In this document: positions 11,259 to 21,677 of the stretch, piece after piece
How positions within the stretch are numbered: the first letter of the stretch is position 1
Layout: each line of letters opens with the position of its first letter
From: Malassezia furfur
Taxonomy: Eukaryota
Assembly: GCA_052055015.1 (NCBI GenBank)
Contig: JBQJIT010000024.1
Strand: one strand, 5' to 3'
Length of the DNA stretch: 56,154 bases
Made by a program: the position numbers and the translations under genes
The notes under the pieces: generated by a model
Seen by the model: only the letters and a program-made list of their open reading frames with translations
The model's database searches: none
Told to the model about the DNA's origin: nothing

Positions 11259-12176
11259 TTATACTGTTGCCCCCCGCATCGCCTGCGCGGCCGCCGCAGC
11301 CGCATCCGCGACGACACTCACGCGCGTCACCTCGTGGCCGCCGCGACGGAGCGCGTCCAGCACCTCGGTGCGGTACGCATCCTGCTGCACCACGCTGCCG
11401 CCAAACACGAGCTCCCATGTCGGCGCGTCGAGCGCAGGTGCCACGCGCGCGATTTGGTCGGCAAGCGCAGCCGCCTGCTCCTGTACCACGGCGCGCGCCG
11501 GCGCATCGCCGTCGTCAAAGGCCAGTGAAAAAACGATGGGCGCCAGCAACGCGATACGATCGGGGCCGACACCCGGCGCATAGACCGCATTCAGCAGCGC
11601 CGCGCGCGTGTCCACCGCGTAATGCGCCAGCACCGCAGCGCACAGGGCTGGCGCGTCGTCAGACAGGACACGCCGCAGCGCCGCGCGGCCCACGCCATAC
11701 GCGCTCCCTTCGTCGCCCAAAATCCACCCGAGCCCTCCAGCACTCTCTACATAGCGCGGCCCCTGCGGTGTGTACACGAACCCGTGCACGACGCTGCCCG
11801 TGCCCGCAATCACTGCCATCCCCGTGCCGCGCAAACCGGCACTCAACAATGCAGCATCGCTCGTCACACGTACGTCTGCGCTATCCAGTTTAAGCACATT
11901 GCATGCGGCCGCATGCGCTTCGGGTACGTGTACGTCGCCATGGATCCCCGCCGTGCCGATCCATGCGCGCGTCAGCGCAAACGGCTGCGTGAGCTGCTGC
12001 CAGAGCAATGCGACCACTTTCTCGATCACCGCCGCCCACGCCTCGACGCCGATGCGTGCTACGTTGCTTGGGTCTGTGCTTGCGCGTGCGAGCACATGGC
12101 CGTGCTCGTCGACCAGCACCGCTGCCGTCTTCGTGGCCCCACCGTCCACGGCCAGAAACGCCGGTGCAGCGGCCAT
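11259..12176 (-). CDS. BadF/BadG/BcrA/BcrD-type ATPase, N-acetylglucosamine/N-acetylmuramate kinase-like
   Basis: LAVDGGATKT phosphate-1 motif, VTSDA, VIAGTGS, GGLGWILGDEGSAY and VFGGSV are characteristic of the NAGK/BadF family. Confidence 0.88.
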   Translation of the reverse strand: MAAAPAFLAVDGGATKTAAVLVDEHGHVLARASTDPSNVARIGVEAWAAVIEKVVALLWQQLTQPFALTRAWIGTAGIHGDVHVPEAHAAACNVLKLDSADVRVTSDAALLSAGLRGTGMAVIAGTGSVVHGFVYTPQGPRYVESAGGLGWILGDEGSAYGVGRAALRRVLSDDAPALCAAVLAHYAVDTRAALLNAVYAPGVGPDRIALLAPIVFSLAFDDGDAPARAVVQEQAAALADQIARVAPALDAPTWELVFGGSVVQQDAYRTEVLDALRRGGHEVTRVSVVADAAAAAAQAMRGATV

Positions 12177-12255
12177 GCGGAGAAAGCCAAGCAGGTGGAG
12201 GCCCGTGATGTGCCCCGGACACGCGGGTCATTTCTTGATTCCGACGTAGGTCGTG

Positions 12256-13494
12256 ATGGCATCCGCAGAGCGCCCAGAAGTACTGCTGATCGGCTTTGGA
12301 GGAGTCGGTGTGCTGTATGCGTATGTGCTGCAGCGTGGAGGTGCGCGTGTCACCGCCGTGTGCCGCTCCAATTACGAGACCGTGAAAGCCAACGGAATTA
12401 ACGTGCTCTCGGACAAGTTCGGGCAGCACCCCAACTGGCATCCGGACCAAGTCGTGCGGTCGCCGGAGGAAATCGAAGGCAATACATTTGACTGTGCGTA
12501 GATACAGCTTCGGTTCCTAACCCCAGATGTCATCTGTACCTTCAAGGTGGTCCCCGACGTGTGTCCCAGCAGCGAGACGATTCGTCCGTACCTGGAGAAG
12601 AACCTGTCGTTGTCGCCCAAGAAGAATCTGCCATTGGTTGTGTTGATTCAGAATGGCGTGGACATCGAGAACGAGGTGTATGAGTCGCTCGTGTGCAGCG
12701 ACGAGCCCCTAGCGAGCGGCGTCGTGGGTGGACTGACCTGGGTCGGCGTCACGTTGCTCGGCAACGGCAGCCGCATCGAGCATGGATACTTGGAGCGGCT
12801 CAAGATCGGCCTTTATCCGCCGCCCCTGGAGGATGACGTGCCTGCCTATATGGCTTCTGCCTTCGACAAGCTGGTCGAACTGTTCGACAAAGGCGGTTCC
12901 AACGTTGAGGGCACGAACGATATTGTGGGTGTGCGCTGGAGCAAGGTGCTTTGGAACATTAGCTGGGGCGGTGTGACCACGCTCGCGCGCCAGCCGGTGT
13001 CGGCCATGCTCGAGCCCGAGACGCTCCCCTACACGGCCGGCGTTGTGTATGGGATCATGCTTGAACTGCTGATGATCGCGCGGGCTCATGGGATCAACGA
13101 GGACCGCCTGCCCTCGGCGACAATTGATCAAGTGTATGACATGACCGTGCGAAACACCAATGCCAAGATCCGCATCGCGCAGAACCCGGACCAGTTCTTG
13201 GAGCCTATGGAGAACAAGAACCTTCAGGACGACTTTAAGCCGAGCATCCTGGTGGATCTGGAACGTGAGCGGCCAATGGAGTTGCAAGTTATCTTTGGTA
13301 CGCTGCTCGAGCGTGCACGTGCAGCCAACGTTGCTACGCCGCGTCTCGACTTGATCGTCGCTGCGTTGATGCCGTCGCAGGTCGCCTTCGTGCGCAAGGC
13401 TAAGGGCCAAGAGAAGGAAGACGGAAGTACCAAGATCTACGATGCGAACCCTGCGCTGAACAAGACGGGTGGTGCGCCCGTGCTAGGCCCATAG
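12256..13494 (+). CDS. Ketopantoate reductase (ApbA/PanE) family oxidoreductase
   Basis: IGFGGVG Rossmann motif, LIQNG, RWSKVLWN (catalytic Lys) and KPSILVD...PMELQVIFG. Intron 12494-12526. Confidence 0.88.
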
Positions 13495-14006
13495 ACAATG
13501 AATACTTTGGCCCCGTGCCGTCCTCACGCCACGCGTATGTGGAGGTAGCACCGAAGGGGCGCCGAGTACCCCGAAACGACCATGCCGCGTCCACGACCGC
13601 CCGCTTCGTTTGTCGACTATGTCCACCGTGCTGTGGTGCTTGGTCTAGTAGGCATTGCTGTACGTGCACAAGTGTAGCAGACAAACTGACACCGCGCAGG
13701 GCTGGGGCATCTGGCTGACTGGCGCCGTCTATGTGAGCCGTATTGGAAGCACCGAGCGCGTACGTTGGGATGGCCTGCGTCTCTAACCGCAGATCCCGCT
13801 TGAAAATGCTATCAACCGTAACGAGACCATGACGGACGTTGTATGTGTTGCGCACTCACACAGGCGCGGCGTGTGCTTGCGCAGCGGGGAGTCACTCAGG
13901 GCGCCACCTCCGAGACGGATCCCACAAAGGAAGTCTAGGCACAGTAGAGACGAACACGTTGGGACATTCTTTCCACTCGGGTCCACGTCCTGCGCAGGCC
14001 CTTGTC

Positions 14007-15386
14007 CTACATCCCATCCCAGGGGCTATGTGCGGTAACGAGCGGCTGCGTCGAGGACGCGTCGTGCTGCCAACTCGGCGTTTCCCACGTGAGCGGCGGA
14101 AGGTCCGACGCGGGGATCGTCTCAATGCTGGCGCGCTGGCTGCGCAGCGCATCGGACTCGTAGAGAGCGTCTGTGTGTTCATAAACGAGCCCACGCTCTG
14201 CCCCCACACATTGGAACAATGGCGCCGTCTCGCGGCCCGGGAGCGGCGACGCACGTCGCGACGACGTAGCCGAGCCGGACCGAAGCGTGTACGCCCACGG
14301 GTCTGTGGGGGGTTCGTATGTAGGCTCCGGGGTATAGCGCGGGGGTGTGAGCCGCTGCATCCCCGGGAACACAATCGCCGGCGCCGGTGCATTCATGTCA
14401 CGGGGCGAGGCGTCGTGCAGCGCCTGCTTCAGCCGCGCAGCTGAGTCGCGGGGTGGGGTTGCGGACGCCGCAGGCCTACTGGGCGTTGCGCGGGTATCTG
14501 AAGCGAGCGTGCTGGAGCTCGACACGAGCGATGGCGGTGTCGAACAAGGATCGATGCTGGCTCCTGCAAACGGTGCCTGGTGCAGCGGGAATGTAAAGGG
14601 CGCCAGCGGAGCCACTTCCGTCTCGGCGCGCGGCGTCGAGGAGGCGGAAGGTGGCGCCGCAAAGCTCGCGTTCCGCTGGTGGTGCGCGGGCTTTTGGATT
14701 GGCGTAGACACCGACCGACTGCTCGCATGCTGCCGCCGCTGCACGGCGCGCGAGCCCTGCATCAGCACGGTCGAGAGCTCCTCGCTGGACACCTCGTATG
14801 TCGGTGTCGCCGGCACGGGAGCAGCTTCGGCGGAGCCCGACGTCGCGGGGTCGTTCCGCGGCATATCCCCTTGCTTCCGGCGCCCCAGTCGGGGAAAATA
14901 GGATTTAAAGCTTCGGCTGCGTGTCACCGACGGCGATGAGCCGTTATCGGCGGGCGTCGGACGTGGCTGCGTACGTGGCGGCGTTGAATGAATCCCAAGT
15001 CCGTCAAGCCCAACTTGCACCGGCGGCGCGCTTGGGAGCTCGGCCGGCGGCAAGAGCGCTTCGTTCCTGGATGTATCGACGGCAGGCGACAGTCCTGCTG
15101 TGCCTGGTGCGGGCCGACGCATGGTTGTATTGGTGCGTGCGAGAGGCGAGGAAGGCATAGAAGGCATATCGGCGCGCCGCGCCTTGGTGTCGCCTCCTTC
15201 CGGTCGCAATGGCTTGCCTGGCGATCTTGCCCATTGAACGCTTGGCATTACCCCGCGCGTTAGCGCACTTGGAGTGCCTGGCATGGTTTGGGGCGTGCCA
15301 ATGGTCGGAGATGCGTTCTTCGTAGTGTCTTTGGTCTCCGCATTCCGTCGCTCGACCGAACGCAGGCTGCGCGCTCGCCGTAACAT
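14007..15386 (-). CDS. Hypothetical Pro/Ser/Thr-rich disordered protein
   Basis: 459-aa ATG ORF filling the space between neighbours, divergent from the HbrB gene. No recognisable domain. Confidence 0.7.
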   Translation of the reverse strand: MLRRARSLRSVERRNAETKDTTKNASPTIGTPQTMPGTPSALTRGVMPSVQWARSPGKPLRPEGGDTKARRADMPSMPSSPLARTNTTMRRPAPGTAGLSPAVDTSRNEALLPPAELPSAPPVQVGLDGLGIHSTPPRTQPRPTPADNGSSPSVTRSRSFKSYFPRLGRRKQGDMPRNDPATSGSAEAAPVPATPTYEVSSEELSTVLMQGSRAVQRRQHASSRSVSTPIQKPAHHQRNASFAAPPSASSTPRAETEVAPLAPFTFPLHQAPFAGASIDPCSTPPSLVSSSSTLASDTRATPSRPAASATPPRDSAARLKQALHDASPRDMNAPAPAIVFPGMQRLTPPRYTPEPTYEPPTDPWAYTLRSGSATSSRRASPLPGRETAPLFQCVGAERGLVYEHTDALYESDALRSQRASIETIPASDLPPLTWETPSWQHDASSTQPLVTAHSPWDGM

Positions 15387-15500
15387 GATACCTCACGGCT
15401 TCACGCCACAATCGTAGGATTGGAGGAACCGTTCCGCTACAGATTACCTATACACACCTCCACACCCGTCTTGGCACGTGCACTCCCACCGTCTTGGGCG

Positions 15501-17699
15501 ATGAGCAACAGCGTGTCGGTGACGCTCGTGCGGCATGTCGCTCCGAGCGGGCCAGGTAGGCATGCCATGTCACTAACCCTAGACATGCTGGATGAATCGT
15601 CTCGGATACTTGCGTCACTCGGCCGCGCGCTGGAATCGTCTCGGCCCATTGTGATCTACACCGCGCCGGACGCGTCGTGCGTACAGACGGCCGAGACGCT
15701 GCTCCAGGTAGGTATTCGCGTGCTGATGCAGCTCAACCACAAATCGAGCTCAAAGCTGATTGCCACGGATCTCTTGAGCGAGAGACGGCTCGATGAACTT
15801 TCCTTCGAGCATGCGCGGTGGCTCCACACGCTCGAATTTCGCGCACAGGCTGACAACCTCGACACACGCGCGACCGCAGTCGTCGAGATGCACGTTCTGC
15901 CATGGCTCGATACTCCAGGTATGTCGCATACGGTCCTGGTCGCGGACGAGACCATCCTGCACCGCATCCTCCAAACCATCATGGCACTCAATGGCCAGCC
16001 GCCGAGCGTCCTGCGCGACCCCACACGGCGGGTATTGGCCGTGCACACAGCACCACTACAGCCAGGAGCATACCACCAGCTACTTGTGGGCATATCACAT
16101 GGCCCGGACCCCGTGTGTGACGTCCGCGTGGTCTCCATGAACGAGACTGCCCACTTGCACTCACAACCCCCAGCCTACCCCAACTCGCCGCTCTTTGCCG
16201 CGCCAAGCGAGCTGGCGCAGCTCATGCGCACGCCCGAATCGTCCGCACCCAACTCACCCGTGGTGCCCCAACCGCCCATCTCGTTTCATACGTTGACGCG
16301 CTCGACACATACGCCTCCTTCCCGCAATACAGAGACGCCGCGCCCCGAGACAGCTAGCCGCTCGCACCTTTCCTTCCAGAGCAATCCGTCGCCAAGCCCC
16401 AGTCGCGGTCGGTCCGGGGTCAGCTTGGTGTCGCTCCCACTCGGGTCGAGGTCGTCGTCGAGTACGCCACAGCCGCCGCGCAACCTGCATCTGTACGATA
16501 TGTCCACCATGATGCGTTCCATTGACAAGTGGGAATCGGCGCGAATCGAGTCCAACGACCTGCCTGATCCCAACTTGTCGCCACGCACCACCTCCCGCAC
16601 GCTCGATCACGGCACAACATCGAAGTCGAGCTCACCGTTTCCAGGCGGCGGGATGCTTGGCTTCAGCAACTTCCTCTCGGGCGGCGACTCCTCTGGGTCG
16701 GCGGCAAGCACGCCGACCTTGACGCACCGAGGGAGCGTCTCCAGTGGGGCATCGAACTCAGGTTTGGGCACCCACACGCAGAGCTCGGCACCGCTGAGCA
16801 ACGTCAGCGCCTTTGCACAGAGCCTGTTTGGGCATCATACCCCAGCTGGCGCCAGTGGATCGACAACAGGCGATGCCATGAGTATCTGGCAGGGCATCTG
16901 CGTGCGCATCTTCCCGCTCTTTAACAACGAGATGCTAAGTACGCCTGTCGAGAACATTGCCGACTCCACCGAAGCCTACGTGCGGCTGGTGTTTGAACGT
17001 GACGCCGCACAGGCACCGAGCGTGTTGGAGGACAACCTGCGCAAGTCGGTGTTGATTGGTCTGTTAAGCGTCACGACCAAGCTGCAGGGACACGAAGACA
17101 TGTCCTTGCTCAAAGGGCTCGTGAAATCCTGGCAATTCTACTATGGTACCGTCATACCCTATACCACAGCGTGTCTGCTGCCACTCTCGACCAGTGCAGC
17201 GCAGCTGACCTTTCGGTACCAAGCTGCGCAGCAGCGACGGCCTCCTCCCCTCTTGGAGGATGCGGAAGCAAGCTCCCAGCGCACAAAAGTACTCCTCCCA
17301 GCGCAACAGGGCATCGACATCCGCCGCGTGATGCTGATCGCTTTCCGCGACCGCGTTGTGCTGCCCATTCACGACTGGTTACTGAACGCGCTGGGTGGAA
17401 AGCCGGCCCCTGATCCTTCATTCCTGCACCAACATGGACCCGAGGGGGAGGCTGTCTCCAAGGAACTGCGCCCCTACCTGATCCAGCTCGTCGGCACCCT
17501 TACAGGCCTGCATACAGACGACGCAGCTCAGGAGCGCATGGAGAAACTGAACAAGAGTCTCGCCTACATTCCCTCAGTCCCCATCTCGATTGCAGAGAGC
17601 CTTTCTCCGCAATTCCCAATATCCCCTCATGATCCACTCTCACCTGGTTTCGCGCTTAGTGCACACAGCAGCGCGTCGTCCATCCCCTCGGAGCCATGA
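15501..17699 (+). CDS. HbrB/Bit61/Protor (TORC2-associated) protein with an N-terminal degenerate histidine-phosphatase-like domain
   Basis: C-terminal WQGICVRIFPLFNNE...PVENI...LVKSWQFYYGTVIPY..ACLLPL...IDIRRVMLIAFRDRVVLP is HbrB-like. N-terminal VTLVRH...IYTAPDASCVQTAETL...LSER...MNETAHL is PGAM-like. Probable in-frame introns 15556-15582 and 15708-15731. Confidence 0.8.
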   Translation: MSNSVSVTLVRHVAPSGPGRHAMSLTLDMLDESSRILASLGRALESSRPIVIYTAPDASCVQTAETLLQVGIRVLMQLNHKSSSKLIATDLLSERRLDELSFEHARWLHTLEFRAQADNLDTRATAVVEMHVLPWLDTPGMSHTVLVADETILHRILQTIMALNGQPPSVLRDPTRRVLAVHTAPLQPGAYHQLLVGISHGPDPVCDVRVVSMNETAHLHSQPPAYPNSPLFAAPSELAQLMRTPESSAPNSPVVPQPPISFHTLTRSTHTPPSRNTETPRPETASRSHLSFQSNPSPSPSRGRSGVSLVSLPLGSRSSSSTPQPPRNLHLYDMSTMMRSIDKWESARIESNDLPDPNLSPRTTSRTLDHGTTSKSSSPFPGGGMLGFSNFLSGGDSSGSAASTPTLTHRGSVSSGASNSGLGTHTQSSAPLSNVSAFAQSLFGHHTPAGASGSTTGDAMSIWQGICVRIFPLFNNEMLSTPVENIADSTEAYVRLVFERDAAQAPSVLEDNLRKSVLIGLLSVTTKLQGHEDMSLLKGLVKSWQFYYGTVIPYTTACLLPLSTSAAQLTFRYQAAQQRRPPPLLEDAEASSQRTKVLLPAQQGIDIRRVMLIAFRDRVVLPIHDWLLNALGGKPAPDPSFLHQHGPEGEAVSKELRPYLIQLVGTLTGLHTDDAAQERMEKLNKSLAYIPSVPISIAESLSPQFPISPHDPLSPGFALSAHSSASSIPSEP

Positions 17700-17716
17700 A
17701 TGCATTTCGCCCGTAT

Positions 17717-18011
17717 TTAAATCTGGATACGTTGGTAGCGCCGGTTCACGCCCAGCTGGAAAATACAGAATACAGTGAAGAGAAGGTAGACAAATGCGCT
17801 CAGATACAGCGTCGTACCGACCGCCTTGCCGTCCTTGGGGTCCGAGGTCGATCCCATAAAGGCGGGCCAGTTGTGCGAGAACCCATAGCCGAATACAGTG
17901 AGAATAAGGACGCCCGCAAGGGACACGATCGTGCAGCAAGACGCTGGTGTAAGCGATTCAAAGCGTACCTTGTCCCGTGCCGACCACCGGCCGGGTGGTA
18001 ATGGACGCCAT
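17717..18011 (-). CDS. V-ATPase V0 subunit f (RNASEK / yeast YPR170W-B family)
   Basis: With intron 17944-17968 removed it reads MASITTRPVVGTGQASCCTIVSLAGVLILTVFGYGFSHNWPAFMGSTSDPKDGKAVGTTLYLSAFVYLLFTVFCIFQ. Two TM helices and the RPVV...CCT...DP.DG pattern of subunit f. Confidence 0.88.
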
Positions 18012-18085
18012 GTCGATGTGGTCTGTGGACGGGCACAGTGCACGTCGGGGTGTCACGTGAACCAGCGTCTATGGTGTCTGCGGCG

Positions 18086-18667
18086 TTACCACCAGAGGCG
18101 ATGGGTCGGGCAATGGTAACCCGACGGGTTTTTCAGTAGGTACTCTTGGTGGTAGGGTTCGGCGATTTTGCTGTGTGAGCACAGAATACATACAATGCCG
18201 ATACAGGGACTTGCTGGATTGTGGTCACAATGCGCTCGCCCTTCGGATCAAAGTGCTTGGCCTGCACTTCTTGTGTGACCTGCTGTGCTGTGCGCTCCTG
18301 CTCAGGAGTGTGCGCAAAGATGGCGCTGCGATACTGCGACCCAATGTCCGGGCCTTGCCCGTCCAGTTGTGTAGGGTCGTGCGAACGGTAAAAGAATTCA
18401 ACGAGCTCAGCATACGAGACTTGGTTCTGTGTGATGCATGCCACGTACAGGATCGAACTCAAACTGCGCCGCCTCCGCATAGCCGGTGCGCTTGGAGCAC
18501 ACTTGCTCGTACGTTGGGTTCGGGTACTTCTCCTCGTTGCCACCCACGTAACCAACTTCGGACTTGATCAACCCCTTGTTCTTAAAGTGCTTCATAAAGA
18601 TATGCTCGGTGCCCCAGAAGCAACCGTTGGCAAATGTGGCGACATTGTTGGCAGATGCAGTACTCAT
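18086..18667 (-). CDS. msrA: Peptide methionine sulfoxide reductase MsrA
   Basis: [10 protein letters not shown] catalytic motif, PTYEQVC, HDPT...[14 protein letters not shown] and AEPYHQEYL...YHCPTH. Introns 18427-18448 (22 nt) and 18171-18193 (23 nt). Confidence 0.96.
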
Positions 18668-18779
18668 AGCGCGGAATATAGGTGTCGATCGGCTCAAAAT
18701 TCGACGTACGCCAAAGACGTGGGCCATCACTAAACAGGCCAAATTCGTGCACGCCCGCCCAAAATCCCACTACCTCCAC

Positions 18780-19207
18780 ATGTCGTCGACTGGATCCCAG
18801 CAGGTCGTGTAGGTCGTGTGCACTCACGCAGGTCGACCACGGCCGTGGTGTGTACACTTGTCATCGTCGCCGGTGCATGGTTCGCCATCACCCGTGTGTT
18901 TGGCGGGAAGCCAAAGCCGGCGACGGGTAAGTACGATCCCAACACCGGTCTCGGTCGCGGCGCACCTGGGTTTCGTATGTGTATACGGCTAACCACCGCA
19001 GAAACCAATGTGCGGCGCGTCGCACTACCTGCAGACCTTGTCGCACGTATTCGTGCTGGGGAGCAAGTAAGCGCAGAAGAAATCACTGCGGCACAGGAGC
19101 GTGTTGCAGCGGGCGAAACCACACCTGCTAAGCCCGTTAACGAATGGCTCCCAGCGAATACCACCAAAAAGGCACCCACAACGCGCAGCCGTCGTACAAA
19201 GAAGTAA
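18780..19207 (+). CDS. Small single-pass membrane protein of unknown function
   Basis: ATG at 18780, introns 18809-18831 and 18975-19001. N-terminal hydrophobic helix (AVVCTLVIVAGAWFAI), then YDPNTGLGRGAPGFQTNVRRVALPADLVARIRAGEQVSAEEITAA and a basic tail. Confidence 0.75.
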
Positions 19208-19214
19208 TGGCCGT

Positions 19215-20239
19215 CTACAGATGCTTAAGTACCCATAATACCAACAAGGCACAGATTGCGCCGCTGAATGCATCGACCACCATCAGAACCCGCTCGTAGA
19301 ACTGAACCTTGGCCTGGAATGCGCCGGCCACGCTGAAATGAATGTGCCCAGTGGAGGGTGCTGGTGCTGCTCCTGTATCGGTGGGGAATGTACGCAGGGT
19401 CGAAGTTTCTCTTGGCACAGGATCCGTCGTAGCTGGATTCGGGTCGGGCATCATCTGGTCAGTCTGGTCTGGGATGCTCGAGGATTGATTGGCTGGCACA
19501 TGATCTGATGTAGGCGCAGGGGGTACAGGGGATTCATTTTGAGATGCTTCCGTGGGTTCAACCGTCTCTGCGGAGACAGGGCTCTCTTGCTGGGCAGGCA
19601 GTTCTTCTTTCGCCAAAGGTACCATAGGATCCATTTCTTGCACAGGCATCTGCTTGCTCGTACTTGCCACAGGCTCCTCTTGCCGCTCATATGGCAAAAA
19701 GTCTTCATTGGTACATCCGCAAAGCGAACAAGTCCATGATTTTGACCTGGTAATAAGCGCCGTTGACATACTGCTTTGCGAGCTTTTCGCGATCTTCGCC
19801 AGGCATGGATATAGCACCAACACCTGCTTCATCCTTGGAAGACATTAAGGATTGTACACTCAGCAGAGCCGTTCGAATCGCCCATGCTGGTTGCCAGGTT
19901 TCTTCGTGGAATCCCGTGAATGTGAGACAGATCTGGGTGAGCCAGAAACGGCCTACCTTTTGGTTCACCTCCCATCGACCGTTGGGCGTCAGGAAGAGGA
20001 CATCGGGTGGCCGAAAGGGATACTCTGTGGGCAACAAAATCTTGCCATGGTATAGACCTTCTTCAAATACGGTATCTTTGGGCCCACGCAGGGTAAAGTG
20101 CCATTCGAACAGATTATCCTGTATCAGACACGATACGCACTTCTGTTGGCACCGCTCGATATTCTGGACTCGGATCACTCTCGAGCTCCTTGATTTCGGA
20201 CATGATCCGCTTCATGGCGGACGCATTTTTCTTGCTCAT
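19215..20239 (-). CDS. ER-anchored ubiquitin-conjugating enzyme (Ubc6/UBE2J family)
   Basis: KRIMSEIKEL, DNLFEWHFTLRGP, YHGKILLPTEYPFRPP, TPNGRWE, KICL (active Cys), WQPAWAIRTALL and a C-terminal TM anchor. Introns 20119-20140, 19933-19956 and 19747-19771. Confidence 0.93.
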
Positions 20240-20441
20240 CACGACACAGGTGGCTGCCGGAGACAGCGGCACGACACGTCCTCCACTCCACGTCACTGGG
20301 TGCGGGGTAAAAAAAATCCATTTACATAAAGTATCATCATCATCACTACGGGCTAGAAATACAGCAGCGTTGAGACTGCAAAGGGCCGCTTGCCTGTTGG
20401 AGGCATTCCGTCAAAAACAAAACGAAGCCACCAAGACACGT

Positions 20442-21677
20442 TTAATTGGCCGCCGCAATCGGGCGCGTCGGACGCACAGGCGTGTGTCGGTGGTTTGTAC
20501 GCGGCTCATTGGTGCTGGCGCGCGGAACAGACTTGGGGTTCGTGTCGTTGTACAGAGTAACGTCGACACCACCAATGTTTTCGTGGTCGTGTCCATCGCT
20601 GCCCTTCTTCGAGTTCCCCTGACCATAAGCACGCACCCGGAGGCGTTCCCATTCACCAGCGGTGGGCGGAGCCAAACCCAGCTTCTCGCGCTCCGCAAAG
20701 AAGTTGCGGCCCTTGTATGCCTCACGGACAAGGGGCGATTCGACAAGCGGAGTAAGCGGGACATCATCGTTGAAGAGGGCAAAGTAAAATAGGCCCAGGC
20801 GGTTGAAGTGCGCCTGGTCCTCTGGCGGAGCCACAACGCGATGGATCGTGGGCTTCAGGTAGCCGCCCGACAAGAAGTGCATCGCATCGCCCAGGTTGAG
20901 GACAAGCGCGTTCGGACGGTGACGCACCATGCGCCACTTGTTATCCGGCATAAGCACCTCGAGCGAGGTGATGGGCTGCGACCAGAGGATCGAGACACTG
21001 TTGAAGTCGGTGTGACCCTGGAGGCGAACACCGCTGACCTTGTCGTCCTCCTCCTTCGGAGCAGGGCGGTAGAGCGCGTACCGCAGAAGATCGAGGCCAC
21101 GCTTTTCGGGTTCCTTGGAGAGGTTCCACAGTGTATCCACCGGCAACTTCAACACAAGCGAAAGGACATTGAGAACCTTGCGAAGAATCACATCGTGGTT
21201 AAACTTGGCGAATTCGTGGATCTCATCGATGAGCGGCTGCATCTGCACAGGGAATCGCGCACGCTTTTCGGGCGTGAACGTCTGTGAGCCAAAGTTGAGC
21301 TGCTCGATGCGGTCCTTTACACCGTCGATCTGCCAGTGGCCCATCGGCTTATAGCCGACAAAACTGCCTGCGTTCAGCATGTCGGCAAGACAGCGTTTCT
21401 TCTCATCGTCCGTGACATTGTCAAAGGCATATTGGCCGATGGCAAATTGGCGCAGAACCTCCTCGTACGGGAGGCCGTGGTTCACGGCGTAGATGAATCC
21501 ATCTTGCGAGAAAGCGTTGCCGACCTGCTCCACAACCTCGTTGGGGATCTGGTCGAACTCGTCGCCTTGGATCTGAGAGAGGTCCAGGGTATGCAGTGGG
21601 GCCCAGTCGAAGTCTTCCTTCTTCGACGGGGTCGGAGGCGTCCAGGGAGGAATCGAGTGCGACGAAGTAGGGCTCAT
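20442..21677 (-). CDS. 2-oxoglutarate/Fe(II)-dependent dioxygenase (isopenicillin N synthase-like superfamily)
   Basis: DIOX_N-like LDLS...GFIYAVNHG, iron triad GHTD...TIHRV, LEVL and LVLNLGDAM. An upstream in-frame ATG at 21764 is an alternative start. Confidence 0.9.
   Translation of the reverse strand: MSPTSSHSIPPWTPPTPSKKEDFDWAPLHTLDLSQIQGDEFDQIPNEVVEQVGNAFSQDGFIYAVNHGLPYEEVLRQFAIGQYAFDNVTDDEKKRCLADMLNAGSFVGYKPMGHWQIDGVKDRIEQLNFGSQTFTPEKRARFPVQMQPLIDEIHEFAKFNHDVILRKVLNVLSLVLKLPVDTLWNLSKEPEKRGLDLLRYALYRPAPKEEDDKVSGVRLQGHTDFNSVSILWSQPITSLEVLMPDNKWRMVRHRPNALVLNLGDAMHFLSGGYLKPTIHRVVAPPEDQAHFNRLGLFYFALFNDDVPLTPLVESPLVREAYKGRNFFAEREKLGLAPPTAGEWERLRVRAYGQGNSKKGSDGHDHENIGGVDVTLYNDTNPKSVPRASTNEPRTNHRHTPVRPTRPIAAAN

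Noticed and set aside
13400..13855. 151-aa minus-strand ORF
   Set aside because: The start is not ATG, it overlaps the reductase 3' end, and it has no recognisable motif.
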